From the NCBI GenBank assembly GCA_964575955.1, contig CAZNTG010000009.1:32001-96000 (forward strand): a DNA stretch of 64,000 nt. The letters run 5' to 3'. Position 1 is the stretch's first letter, and every line of letters begins with the position of its first letter. The notes beneath the pieces were generated by a model. It had not been told where the DNA came from and did not search any database. It saw only the letters and a list, made by a program, of their open reading frames with translations. Made by a program: the position numbers and the translations under genes. Shown piece after piece: positions 1-9,513 of the stretch. The DNA comes from an uncultured Thermoproteaceae archaeon (GTDB taxonomy: Archaea; Thermoproteota; Thermoprotei; Thermoproteales; Thermocladiaceae).

Positions 1-77
1 AGGTATATCGTATAGAAAGTCTAGCTTATTTATGTTACCCTTAGAATACTAGGTTTTACCTTCTGATATACTCCCTA

Positions 78-1124
78 TCACACTCCCCTAAGTTGCAGTA
101 GTTCTTCAGGTTTTAACTTTCTAATGTCTATACCTACCATAGCTTTACTCTCAGTAACCATCTTCTGTGCTTCAACTACAGTCTCTGGATCATCCCAATA
201 TGATGTTGCTAGTACTATAGCTTCAGCTCTTGTTTGTGGATCTTCAGATTTGAATATTCCAGAACCTACAAATACACCATCAGCTCCAAGCCACATCATT
301 AGTGCTGCATCTGCTGGTGTTGCTATTCCTCCAGCTGCGAAGTTTACTACTGGTAATCTTCCAAGTTTCGCTGTTAACCATACAAGTTCTGGAGGTACTT
401 GATACTTTCTAGCCATTTCTCTAATAAATTCTTCATCATCTACATGTGCTGACAGTATTCTTATCTCTCTATTTATAATCTTCATGTGACGTACTGCTTC
501 AGCGACATTTCCTGTACCTGCCTCACCCTTAGTTCTAATCATTGATGCACCTTCACTAATTCTTCTAAGTGCTTCACCAAGATCACGTGCACCATTTACA
601 AATGGTACTTTAAACTCCCACTTGTTGATGTGATGTTGCTCATCTACAGGTGTTAATACTTCACTCTCATCTATAAGATCAACACCTATAGTTTCAAGTA
701 TTTTAGCTTCCATGTAGTGTCCAATTCTGCATTTTGCACTTACAGGAATTGTTATTGTCTCCATAACTTTCAAAATTGCTTTAACATCAGCCATTCTAGC
801 AACACCACCAGCTTTTCTAACATCGTATGGTAGCTTGTCTAGAACCATGACACCTACAGCACCAGCTTCTTCAGCTATCTTTGCCTGTTCTTCATTAGTT
901 ACATCCATTATAACTCCATGCTTAACCATTGTTGGAAAGCCAATCTTAACTCTAACAGTACCAACTTCAGGAAATGTCAACTCTGTAACTATTGGAAATT
1001 CTGGAAGTGGTTTAGGTCCTAGAGTTGGTTTACCCTCCTCTTTTAATCTATCATTAAGCTCTAACAACCTGTAGAAGAAGTCTTTCAATCTCTCCAAATA
1101 CTCTACCGAATCTACTATCGACAT
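78..1124 (-). CDS. pdxS: Pyridoxal 5'-phosphate synthase lyase subunit PdxS
   Basis: Motifs [48 protein letters not shown]. Start moved from 1175 to ATG 1124 (MSIVDS), 30 nt after a TTTAAAA box at 1160-1154. Confidence 0.96.
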   Translation of the reverse strand: MSIVDSVEYLERLKDFFYRLLELNDRLKEEGKPTLGPKPLPEFPIVTELTFPEVGTVRVKIGFPTMVKHGVIMDVTNEEQAKIAEEAGAVGVMVLDKLPYDVRKAGGVARMADVKAILKVMETITIPVSAKCRIGHYMEAKILETIGVDLIDESEVLTPVDEQHHINKWEFKVPFVNGARDLGEALRRISEGASMIRTKGEAGTGNVAEAVRHMKIINREIRILSAHVDDEEFIREMARKYQVPPELVWLTAKLGRLPVVNFAAGGIATPADAALMMWLGADGVFVGSGIFKSEDPQTRAEAIVLATSYWDDPETVVEAQKMVTESKAMVGIDIRKLKPEELLQLRGV

Positions 1125-1177
1125 AATTACCGAAGATAGAGAAACTAAGTCAGTTTTAAAGTTTCCATGAAACATAT

Positions 1178-1753
1178 ATGTGCATGCAACTACAAGTCGT
1201 TGTAAGATGGCCTAGAGAAATTGAACTTGAAGATGGAAGATTGCTAAATCTCGATAATGAAGATGAAATTACTAGCCAAAGACTTGCATGTCTAATATCT
1301 AAAGAAGATGTTGAAAATGCATACGAGATATTCAAAAATTTAGGATTTAAGAGAGTACCAGCATTACCACTAGGAGAGAAGTATAGTATTGCTAAACAGG
1401 TAAATGATATTTTTGAATTTCATATTAGAATATTTGATAGTGGTCTAATACTCTCAGAGATTGAAATATCTAGAAAATTTATAGAACACATATTTACATA
1501 TTCAATAAATGCATCGTTAGAAGTTAAAGAAATTTTAGAGAAACATGGAATTAAGACAACGTTAATATATCGTGGTAATATTGTTAAGAGAGTTATCAAA
1601 ATTGTAGAACTTGAAATTAGGTATGATGGTGATGTTCACACATATGGTTCAATCATTAGAGAATTTATGAAAGGTTTCTTAGAAAATATACCTAGACTTC
1701 ATATATTTTCCTTCCTTCAGCAATTATTAAGATTGGATAAGCATCAAACTTAG
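1178..1753 (+). CDS. Hypothetical protein
   Basis: 191-aa ORF with host-like codon usage, divergent from pdxS; no family recognised. Confidence 0.7.
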   Translation: MCMQLQVVVRWPREIELEDGRLLNLDNEDEITSQRLACLISKEDVENAYEIFKNLGFKRVPALPLGEKYSIAKQVNDIFEFHIRIFDSGLILSEIEISRKFIEHIFTYSINASLEVKEILEKHGIKTTLIYRGNIVKRVIKIVELEIRYDGDVHTYGSIIREFMKGFLENIPRLHIFSFLQQLLRLDKHQT

Positions 1754-2876
1754 TCAGATCATCATTCCAAACGACAAAACTTGCTAATTTACCAACATCT
1801 ATACTTCCCAAATCCTTATCAATATTCAATATAATTGCAGGTTCTAACGTTATCAATCTTATAGCTTCTTCAAACTTCATACCAAACATTGTAAAAAATC
1901 TTAATTGAAGTAGCAGATTTCTCTGTAGAACAACTGGATGATCAGACATGACTGCAAGCGGGTATGGTCTAATCTCTACAAGATATTTAATATTTCTCCA
2001 TGAGAAATGTTTCAACTCAGTCTTATATGGAAATGAATCTATAGGACCATATACTAGAGGTATGTTCTTATCTTTCAAAATCTTAAATATGTATGGATCA
2101 TTAACATCAAGTGCATGTTCTATTGTAAATTTAATATTAAACTCTTCACAAAGTTTAATTGCTACTAAGATATCGTCAGACTTATGTACATGAATTCTCA
2201 AATACTCTTCACCTTTCAAGACAGGAAATAGTGCTCTAATATCAGGATCTATCTCTTCAATATCCTTCTTACCCTTTTCTACAAGCTTTAAACTATCAAG
2301 AGCTTTTAGTAAGGTCTTCCTCAATATTGCATATGACCCCATTCTAGTACTAGGTCTCGTACCTCTCCATCTAGTAACACTTCTGGGATTATAACCAAAT
2401 GCTACCTTAAGACCTACATACTTTATAAATGCTCTACTTATATCACTTTCATAATTTTTTATTAAAACTCCTCTACCACCAATAATATTGCCACTTCCAG
2501 GAAGTATGCATGAATATAGAACTCCAAACTCTACGGATTCTCTAAATGATGGATCATCCATATATATGCTAGCTAAAGCGTCAGCTAGTGGTACAACACT
2601 ATCCATATGTTCATTAACTTCCTCCTCTTCTGATGGTTCTCCAGCTCTAGCCATTCCTATGTGAGAGTGTGCGTCTATAGATGCTGGAGTGATAACGCAT
2701 CTATCATATTCATAAACTTCTTCAACATCTTTAGGCTTCTCTCTAGTTATAGAAACTATCCTATCTCCATTCCATACTATGTATACATCTTCAAGTACAT
2801 CACCACGACCTGTATATACCTTACTTGCTTTAATACATTTCATAACATCTATAATATATTTTGTAGAATTTTTCAT
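1692..2876 (-). CDS. Amidohydrolase family metal-dependent hydrolase
   Basis: IDAHSHIG (HxH), HVH, IEH, SDHP and GSIDVGKLA motifs of the amidohydrolase superfamily. Confidence 0.9.
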   Translation of the reverse strand: MKNSTKYIIDVMKCIKASKVYTGRGDVLEDVYIVWNGDRIVSITREKPKDVEEVYEYDRCVITPASIDAHSHIGMARAGEPSEEEEVNEHMDSVVPLADALASIYMDDPSFRESVEFGVLYSCILPGSGNIIGGRGVLIKNYESDISRAFIKYVGLKVAFGYNPRSVTRWRGTRPSTRMGSYAILRKTLLKALDSLKLVEKGKKDIEEIDPDIRALFPVLKGEEYLRIHVHKSDDILVAIKLCEEFNIKFTIEHALDVNDPYIFKILKDKNIPLVYGPIDSFPYKTELKHFSWRNIKYLVEIRPYPLAVMSDHPVVLQRNLLLQLRFFTMFGMKFEEAIRLITLEPAIILNIDKDLGSIDVGKLASFVVWNDDLTKFDAYPILIIAEGRKIYEV

Positions 2877-2878
2877 AA

Positions 2879-3373
2879 TTATCTTCTAATCATTTCTATA
2901 CAGGAATGATCTATAACTTTAACTAGATCTAAAGTCCACATAAACCTAGATCTTGAAGGTATTAACTCTTCATCAAATATGAGGAGAGGATCGTAATCTC
3001 TAGACACAACTATACACTTATAACCTCTATTAACATAATCTCTACACATATATGCAGCCTTGATCTCAGCCGGCATATCTCTTGAAAGCACATACTCTAT
3101 ACATAGATCTTCAAGTATTTTACGATATCTATCTGAAATTTTAATATGACTCTCCTTCCAGTAGTCTAATACAACTATTACTCTAGCTTTAATAATACCG
3201 AGCTGCTGTGCTATTGATAAGTTCTTTAGGAATTCTGTAGGATTTTTTAAACCATACACTATCGATGGTAGGTCTATTATTACTATATCATATTCATTAC
3301 ATGCATCTGTTAATGTCATCTTTCTAACTCTTTTAATACATTTCAATATTTTCCTTCTAATCTTAGGATCCAC
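2879..3373 (-). CDS. Hypothetical protein, possible PIN/NYN-like fold
   Basis: Acidic motif spacing IIDLPS...VVLD...AE...VVSRDYD resembles PIN-fold nucleases. Confidence 0.5.
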   Translation of the reverse strand: MDPKIRRKILKCIKRVRKMTLTDACNEYDIVIIDLPSIVYGLKNPTEFLKNLSIAQQLGIIKARVIVVLDYWKESHIKISDRYRKILEDLCIEYVLSRDMPAEIKAAYMCRDYVNRGYKCIVVSRDYDPLLIFDEELIPSRSRFMWTLDLVKVIDHSCIEMIRR

Positions 3374-3413
3374 AATTTTCAGGTTTTCAAAATTGAGATA
3401 AGTTAATCGTTTA

Positions 3414-3980
3414 CTATATCATTCTTCTGAGAAGTTCATTTATTGCAATACCTCTATAGCCAAGATCGCCACCTACTGTGTAGTGTTTCTTAACACTCTT
3501 TAATCCACCTCTAGGTGGGTGTAGTCTGAAGAATGGTTTTAGCTTTGGAATACACATTACTCTACCATTCTTCTTTGGTAGTGGCTTATCTTCAGGACAC
3601 CACAATCTTTCAACCTCACCAACTATGTATGCTAGTGCAAATTCTTCAATACTATTCCAACCATACTTCTTCAAGTAGTCGTCTGTTAATGGTTTATCTC
3701 CTATAAGTCTACCTCTCCTTCTTAACAATTCTGCAAGAGTATCAGCATCTATCTCTCCCCAAGTTACCCAATCTTGAACTACTCTCAACATTCCTAAGTA
3801 TGCTGGTCTTGAGTCAATTACAACACATGTAAATCTTCTCCTAAGTCTTAATAGGTATAGTGTATGTTCAACATCTGGTGGTGTGTCAGGTATTCCTCTC
3901 AATCTTATAACTGCAATTCTTGGATATGTCTTAGATATGTTAGACATATCTACACCAGTCACTGTTGCCGTAGTTGACAT
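3414..3980 (-). CDS. rpl30: 50S ribosomal protein uL30 (archaeal long form)
   Basis: [36 protein letters not shown] motifs. Confidence 0.96.
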   Translation of the reverse strand: MSTTATVTGVDMSNISKTYPRIAVIRLRGIPDTPPDVEHTLYLLRLRRRFTCVVIDSRPAYLGMLRVVQDWVTWGEIDADTLAELLRRRGRLIGDKPLTDDYLKKYGWNSIEEFALAYIVGEVERLWCPEDKPLPKKNGRVMCIPKLKPFFRLHPPRGGLKSVKKHYTVGGDLGYRGIAINELLRRMI

Positions 3981-4006
3981 TGTTAGACACTTGGTATTGA
4001 AGACAG

Positions 4007-4014
4007 TTTATAAA
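4007..4014. promoter_or_regulatory. Palindromic TATA box, probably shared by rpl30 (-) and the C/D sRNA (+)
   Basis: TTTATAAA with 26 nt to the rpl30 ATG (3980) on one side and 27 nt to box C (4042) on the other. Confidence 0.6.
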
Positions 4015-4041
4015 TATTCTTCTAACTATATATGATATAGA

Positions 4042-4092
4042 TTGATGAGAGGGGACCTCGACCGAGAGATGAGGTTATTCGCTGGGTACTGA
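4042..4092 (+). ncRNA. Box C/D methylation-guide sRNA #1
   Basis: Box C TTGATGA 4042-4048, guide gaggggacctcga, D' CCGA 4062-4065, C' AGATGA 4067-4072, guide ggttattcgctgggta, D CTGA 4089-4092; GC-rich island. Confidence 0.8.
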
Positions 4093-5163
4093 TTTAAAAA
4101 TCTTCTCATACTCTTCCTCAACTTTTGACAATATCTCACTTTTAGAAAAACCTCTTAACAATGTTGTGACAAGCATACCTCCCATACCAACACCCTCCTT
4201 AACAAAACCTTCATCATATGCCTTAAGACCAGGATATTTAGATTCTGATAGTGAGAATTCCGAAATTAGTAGCGCATAGTTATTCCATATCTCTGATAGA
4301 AGACCTATCATATCTGACTGTCTATCATATACTAACCATCTAGTTGTTGCAATTTCAAGAAACTCAGGATCTAGATTGAAGTCTAATTTCCTAAGTATTG
4401 ATACTACAGCACACATCTGAGTACCACCTGCAAGTAGTACTCTACATCCAGAATCTACAATGCCAATAGTCAACCCTGCAAGTGCTATATGTACAGGATC
4501 TCCAACAGCTGAGACTGCCTGTAGAGGATCTTCAAATACTTCAACTCCAGCTCTACGAATTGCCTCTCTAACAACTCTACATTTCAACTCTATCGGATTA
4601 TTTGGAGAAGCACTTGAAACTCTACCCCAAGCATTAAATCCAAGTGCTACCATTATAGCCATTGCTGTTGTTGTTCCAGCTGGAATAGATTCTCCAAGAA
4701 TAACAATGTCAAAATTAGAACCTAGAAATTTTCCTACATTAATAGCGTTGTGAAATATCCTTCTACACACCTCAATATCGAGAGCATTACCTGTTCTAAT
4801 ATCACGACCAGGCATGCCTCTCAAATCTATGTAAGGTATGTTTGGGAGAACTCTACATCCAGAATTTACAACGATAGTAGGAATCTTAGTCAATAATATG
4901 CATGCTCTAGATATCAATGCTGGTGTAGGTTTACCATCAGGAGTTACTGGTGGTGTAGGTATTACATAACACTTACCATCTATGAGAAATTCAACATCTG
5001 CAGCAGGTGTGTAATGTGTAAGTTCAGGACTTGCACCAGCAATAGTTATACCTGGAATTAAACTTGTATCTGTAGTTCCAATAACTACAACAAATACAGC
5101 ATCACCACTCTTCAATACATCTACAAATCTCTGAGATACATTACCAACAAACTTCACAGACAT
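4075..5163 (-). CDS. cobT: Archaeal nicotinate-nucleotide--dimethylbenzimidazole phosphoribosyltransferase (CobT-like)
   Basis: PGITIAGA, TPALIS, GESIPAGTTTA, GDP, LAGGTQM, KEGVGMGG motifs. Confidence 0.88.
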   Translation of the reverse strand: MSVKFVGNVSQRFVDVLKSGDAVFVVVIGTTDTSLIPGITIAGASPELTHYTPAADVEFLIDGKCYVIPTPPVTPDGKPTPALISRACILLTKIPTIVVNSGCRVLPNIPYIDLRGMPGRDIRTGNALDIEVCRRIFHNAINVGKFLGSNFDIVILGESIPAGTTTAMAIMVALGFNAWGRVSSASPNNPIELKCRVVREAIRRAGVEVFEDPLQAVSAVGDPVHIALAGLTIGIVDSGCRVLLAGGTQMCAVVSILRKLDFNLDPEFLEIATTRWLVYDRQSDMIGLLSEIWNNYALLISEFSLSESKYPGLKAYDEGFVKEGVGMGGMLVTTLLRGFSKSEILSKVEEEYEKIFKSVPSE

Positions 5164-5213
5164 AACTTCAAGATGAAACTAGGCAAAAAACATTAAAATA
5201 TATTACTCGCCAT

Positions 5214-5432
5214 GTGAAAAATATGATAAAGTGCAAATTCTGTGGAAAAACATTCGAATCATATGGAGACTTCATACTACACATAAAGAGAGAATGTAAA
5301 TATGTTCCAAAAACTAGAAGATGTCCAATATGTGGAATGAAATTCAGATCAATAAGACTATGCAAACTACATATGGTAAATGCAGCACTACAAGATGTAA
5401 ATCATAGAAACTACATAATAGCAATATCCTAA
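5214..5432 (+). CDS. Small double zinc-finger (C2H2-like) protein
   Basis: CKFCGKTF..H....C and CPICGMKF......H patterns. Confidence 0.8.
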   Translation: MKNMIKCKFCGKTFESYGDFILHIKRECKYVPKTRRCPICGMKFRSIRLCKLHMVNAALQDVNHRNYIIAIS

Positions 5433-5433
5433 A

Positions 5434-5482
5434 TCAGATCCAAGCGGTTACATCACCTTCAGAGAACCCCACTCTTCATCAT
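5434..5482 (-). ncRNA. Box C/D methylation-guide sRNA #2
   Basis: Minus strand reads ATGATGA agagtggggttct CTGA agg TGATGT aaccgcttggat CTGA; TTTATATA box at 5513-5506 upstream. Confidence 0.88.
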
Positions 5483-5648
5483 CAAAAAACAATAACACTA
5501 CCAGATATATAAACTGCTAGCAATAATCTAGAAGTACATACTTCAAAACTGAAACAGCTGTTTCGAATATGGAACAGATTTCGATGAAAACTTCAACATA
5601 GATCACTACTTAAATATTCCTGAATTAGGTTAGATACATGTATACCTC

Positions 5649-7553
5649 ATGCATGTGCTGGAACATCATGGCAAGTATATTTCAGGTATTAAGATCATAA
5701 ACATTTCAGAAATTCACTATGAGCCTTTACTCAAGCTTTTTCAAAATATTCACAAGCTCTCTAGTAAGGTATTAATAATTTGGTTTAGAGATGATACAGG
5801 CTGTATTAATATTTACATCCTGCTTGTTGATTCCAGTCTGCAAGTGCTTTCATACATAAAAGCACTACTGGAAACATTAGATTCTTTAAGAAGTTTTCAA
5901 TATAAACCGATAGATATTAGAGATGTAGAATATATACATAAATTTCTTCAAGAGTTAAATCTGCGATACTGCATAGTAGGGACTTTGAGATCTATAGTAA
6001 CTAGATATGAAAAAGGATTAATAATGCTAAAACCTATAAGTAATGAAGATCTAACTCAAAGATTAAACTCATTAAGAAAAGCTATGGAATTAATATTAAC
6101 ATATTCTCAAGATAGTAAATGTGCTAGGACTTACGAGAAGAGTTTAAGAAAGATAGAAAAAGAGATTAGAAGGTTAGAAAGAGGATACGTGTCCAATACA
6201 TGGATTGGTATAATACTCGTAGATTCACCTATACAGTATGTCGAGAAAACGTTTACTGACACAAGATATGTAAGATTTATGAGAATTGATAATGATAACA
6301 GACTTCTAGAGATTGTTAAGAGACTAGACATACCCATGGACTTAGCACTAGACCCTGATATGATGTACATATTGTCGCCTAGATATTTAACATATCTATC
6401 ATCAAATGATATTTGCGAACTCATAATACCATCAAGTTCTGTACAATATAAATATTGTGAAGAAAATAGTATAGACTTGGGTAGTATTGTAGATTTAAAT
6501 CTTAATGAAATATCTAGAATGTGTATAAACTTGGAAGAGCTTGATAACATAGGCATATTTGGAGCAGCAAAATCAGGAAAAACAACAACAGCACAGAGGA
6601 TAGTAATAGAGTTTACTAAAAGTGGTGGAAAAGCTCTCATAATAGATTGGGACTTAAGTTGGAGAATGTTTTCAAATATTATTTCAAATATTAGAAAAAC
6701 TACTATATACGAAATCTCGCAAAATCTTGCTAATAGACTTAGGTGGAACCCTTTACGTCCTCCTATAGGTGTTAATTGGAAATTTTGGCTTGATAAATTT
6801 TCAAAATGGTTTTCTATCTGTTATAAACTAGATACTCACCAACTAAATATTATAAGAGATGTACTACACGAATTATATACTGAAAGTCTAAAACATAACA
6901 AATATCCGACTATAGTAGACCTATATAACAAAATCTTAGCTAAGTATAAAGATTCTGATAAAGATCTTAGAAAAGACCTAGATTTAATTTTGTCTAAACT
7001 TTGGAATTACACTAGAGGCGTAATGTCAGGAGTATTTGATAAAGATTATGATATAACGACTGTTGATATGTTGGAGAGTTCCGATATTGTAAGTATAGAG
7101 CTTGCAGAGTTAGATTACCAAGATAGAATTTTCATAACTGGCATGTTAATATTTCAACTATACTACACATGTTATATGAATAGAATGTCATTATCCACAC
7201 CACTCATGGTAGTCTTAGAAGATGCTCATAGAATTTTTAGAGAATATGATGACTATTCCAAATATGTTATAGAAAATCTATGGAGCGAAATATTTGAAAA
7301 ATCTAAAGTATACAACATATATATCACAGTAACTAGTCAGACTATACATACATTACCATCCTGGATACTGAACAACATAAAGATATACATCATACATACC
7401 GTACAATTACCTGATGATGTCGAAAAGATTCGTAAACTGTTAGGTGTTGATAAGACTATATTAAACATATTGCCAAAGTTGCCCAGTGGTTATGCTATTG
7501 TTAAGATACTTCCTAGAGATGTACATCTTGTTAGGATAAGGGCATCAGAGTAG
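5649..7553 (+). CDS. HerA/VirB4-like (DUF87-type) P-loop ATPase
   Basis: Walker A GAAKSGKTT, IIDW, WNPL, YPT, Walker B-like VVLEDAH, SQ motif; long N-terminal region of unknown function. Confidence 0.8.
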   Translation: MHVLEHHGKYISGIKIINISEIHYEPLLKLFQNIHKLSSKVLIIWFRDDTGCINIYILLVDSSLQVLSYIKALLETLDSLRSFQYKPIDIRDVEYIHKFLQELNLRYCIVGTLRSIVTRYEKGLIMLKPISNEDLTQRLNSLRKAMELILTYSQDSKCARTYEKSLRKIEKEIRRLERGYVSNTWIGIILVDSPIQYVEKTFTDTRYVRFMRIDNDNRLLEIVKRLDIPMDLALDPDMMYILSPRYLTYLSSNDICELIIPSSSVQYKYCEENSIDLGSIVDLNLNEISRMCINLEELDNIGIFGAAKSGKTTTAQRIVIEFTKSGGKALIIDWDLSWRMFSNIISNIRKTTIYEISQNLANRLRWNPLRPPIGVNWKFWLDKFSKWFSICYKLDTHQLNIIRDVLHELYTESLKHNKYPTIVDLYNKILAKYKDSDKDLRKDLDLILSKLWNYTRGVMSGVFDKDYDITTVDMLESSDIVSIELAELDYQDRIFITGMLIFQLYYTCYMNRMSLSTPLMVVLEDAHRIFREYDDYSKYVIENLWSEIFEKSKVYNIYITVTSQTIHTLPSWILNNIKIYIIHTVQLPDDVEKIRKLLGVDKTILNILPKLPSGYAIVKILPRDVHLVRIRASE

Positions 7554-7559
7554 TTTTTA

Positions 7560-7608
7560 TCAGCGTACCGTGAGACGCTCATTGTTCGCCTTAGGTACAT
7601 CTCATCAT
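7560..7608 (-). ncRNA. Box C/D methylation-guide sRNA #3, overlapping the fni stop codon
   Basis: Minus strand reads ATGATGA gatgtacctaag GCGA aca ATGAGC gtctcacggtacg CTGA; internal D'/C' boxes degenerate. Confidence 0.75.
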
Positions 7609-8694
7609 TCTATCTATACACTTACTTAATCTTCTAATTTTTAATATTTCTAATATTGATGGATCAGGTACTATTTCTACAGCTTTTCTTAGTTCTTCAA
7701 TATTTTTACAGTTTGTTATAAACATTGTTATTCTTAACTCTCTTATTAATCTTTCAACAAATTTACAAGCTTTTTCAAATCCTTCTAATGCTTTTTCTAA
7801 GAATGGTCTTGCTATAGATACAGCGTGTGCTCCTAATGCTAGCGTCTTTACAATATCTATACCTGTTCTAATTCCTCCAGATGCTATTATAACTCCATTA
7901 AATTCTTCTAAAACTTCACATAGTGACAATAGTGTTGGTATACCAACATCTCTAAACGATTTATACATCTCTAAAAGTTCTCTATCTAGAAAATCTTCAA
8001 CTCTATACAATTCTATAATTGTGAAATCTGTACCACCTCTACCAGCAATCTCTATCGCTGCTATACCAGCCTCCTTAAGTTTTCTAGCTGTCTTTCTAGA
8101 AATTCCAAAACCTACCTCCTTTACAATGATAGGCTTTTTCAAACTTCTAGAAAGATATCTAAGTTTCTCTATAATTTCTCTATATTGCGGTTCTCCCTCA
8201 TATTGAAGACACTCCTGAAGTGGATTGAGGTGTATTGCAAGTGCATCAGCATCAATCATATCTATGATACTATTACACATGTCTATAAGCACATTCTCAT
8301 CTATTTTAGATATCTGTGGAGCACCAATATTAGCTATCTTCAATGTTGTTGGTGCTTCTTCACGAATTATTGTGAATGTATATTTAGTTTCCGGCTTTTC
8401 TATAGCTATTCTCTGAGAACCACAACATATCCCTAATCTATACTTTTCAGCAATCTTCGCAAGAGTTTTATTAATTTTAAATCCAATCTCTGTACCTCCT
8501 GTTAATGCTCCAATAATTATCGGTGTTGAAAGTTTTTTACCAAAAATCTCCACCTCAGTATCTACATCTTTCAAATCTATCTCAGGTGCTGAGTCTGTTA
8601 TTATAAATATCTTATCAAGCCACGTACTTCCACTCTCAACATGTCTAAGTATTGAAGCTTTTATATGATCATCTTTTCTAGATATGATATTCAT
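7591..8694 (-). CDS. fni: Type 2 isopentenyl-diphosphate delta-isomerase
   Basis: RKDDH, TGG, GSQR, HLNPLQE..Q.EG, KEVGFG, GRGGT, SGGIRTG motifs. Confidence 0.95.
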   Translation of the reverse strand: MNIISRKDDHIKASILRHVESGSTWLDKIFIITDSAPEIDLKDVDTEVEIFGKKLSTPIIIGALTGGTEIGFKINKTLAKIAEKYRLGICCGSQRIAIEKPETKYTFTIIREEAPTTLKIANIGAPQISKIDENVLIDMCNSIIDMIDADALAIHLNPLQECLQYEGEPQYREIIEKLRYLSRSLKKPIIVKEVGFGISRKTARKLKEAGIAAIEIAGRGGTDFTIIELYRVEDFLDRELLEMYKSFRDVGIPTLLSLCEVLEEFNGVIIASGGIRTGIDIVKTLALGAHAVSIARPFLEKALEGFEKACKFVERLIRELRITMFITNCKNIEELRKAVEIVPDPSILEILKIRRLSKCIDRMMRCT

Positions 8695-8727
8695 TTATCA
8701 CTACCTATCTCAAATATTAATAATTTA

Positions 8728-9513
8728 TCAACCTTTACTTAGTTTTTCAAATTCGACAATAACTCTATCAACTATAGGTTTGAGATAGGTCTTAATTTCT
8801 ACACATTCAGTATATGGTGATCTACTTCTAGATATTGAATCTAGTACACAGTCTATGTATGGTATTTCACATATCTTATACATGTTTAATAGAGTATTTG
8901 TACTTACCTTAAACAGGTTTAGTCCTCTATAATTTGTCATGTTGTATACAACTCCAATAATTCTTATCTCAAGATCTTTTAGAATATCTACAAGTCTCTC
9001 AGTAACTTTTATAGATACAGGCTCCATCAATGTTACAGTTATTGCATATGATTTTGACTTTAAATATCTACAAGGTATTATGACTTCTTCACCTGTTCCT
9101 GGAGGCATATCAATTATAACTATATCAACATTCCACTTGACTGATGATAATATGTCTAGTACAGCCTTCTCTCTATAGTGACCTCTAATAGGTAGTGGAT
9201 TATCACCTATGAGTATTGCTGGTGAGAAGTAGTGTAAATTTTCTCTAATTTTTAAAGGTCCTTTCTCTTCTTCAAAATCTTTTACGGGAACTTCAATATT
9301 TAGAAATCTATGTGTTGAAAATCCATGTAAGTCAAGATCTAGTAATCCAACAGTCTTATCATTATACTCCTCAGATATGTACCATGCAAGTCCTGTAGAT
9401 ATGAAGGTCTTACCAACACCACCCTTACCACTACATACAAGTATTATCATCTTAACATCTTTAAAACAATCTTCAATACTTTTTCGATACCTATCTAAAA
9501 TATTTAAACTCAC
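8728..9513 (-). CDS. Mrp/NBP35 family P-loop ATPase
   Basis: SGKGGVGKT, DLDLHG, DMPPGTG; overlaps the hypA stop. Confidence 0.88.
   Translation of the reverse strand: MSLNILDRYRKSIEDCFKDVKMIILVCSGKGGVGKTFISTGLAWYISEEYNDKTVGLLDLDLHGFSTHRFLNIEVPVKDFEEEKGPLKIRENLHYFSPAILIGDNPLPIRGHYREKAVLDILSSVKWNVDIVIIDMPPGTGEEVIIPCRYLKSKSYAITVTLMEPVSIKVTERLVDILKDLEIRIIGVVYNMTNYRGLNLFKVSTNTLLNMYKICEIPYIDCVLDSISRSRSPYTECVEIKTYLKPIVDRVIVEFEKLSKG

Noticed and set aside
1-77. Possible pdxT start downstream of pdxS
   Set aside because: Minus-strand frames stop early or show no PdxT motif.
7411-7425. CTGATGA..CGAAA hammerhead-like core
   Set aside because: Inside a CDS, with no room for stem II and no flanking helices.
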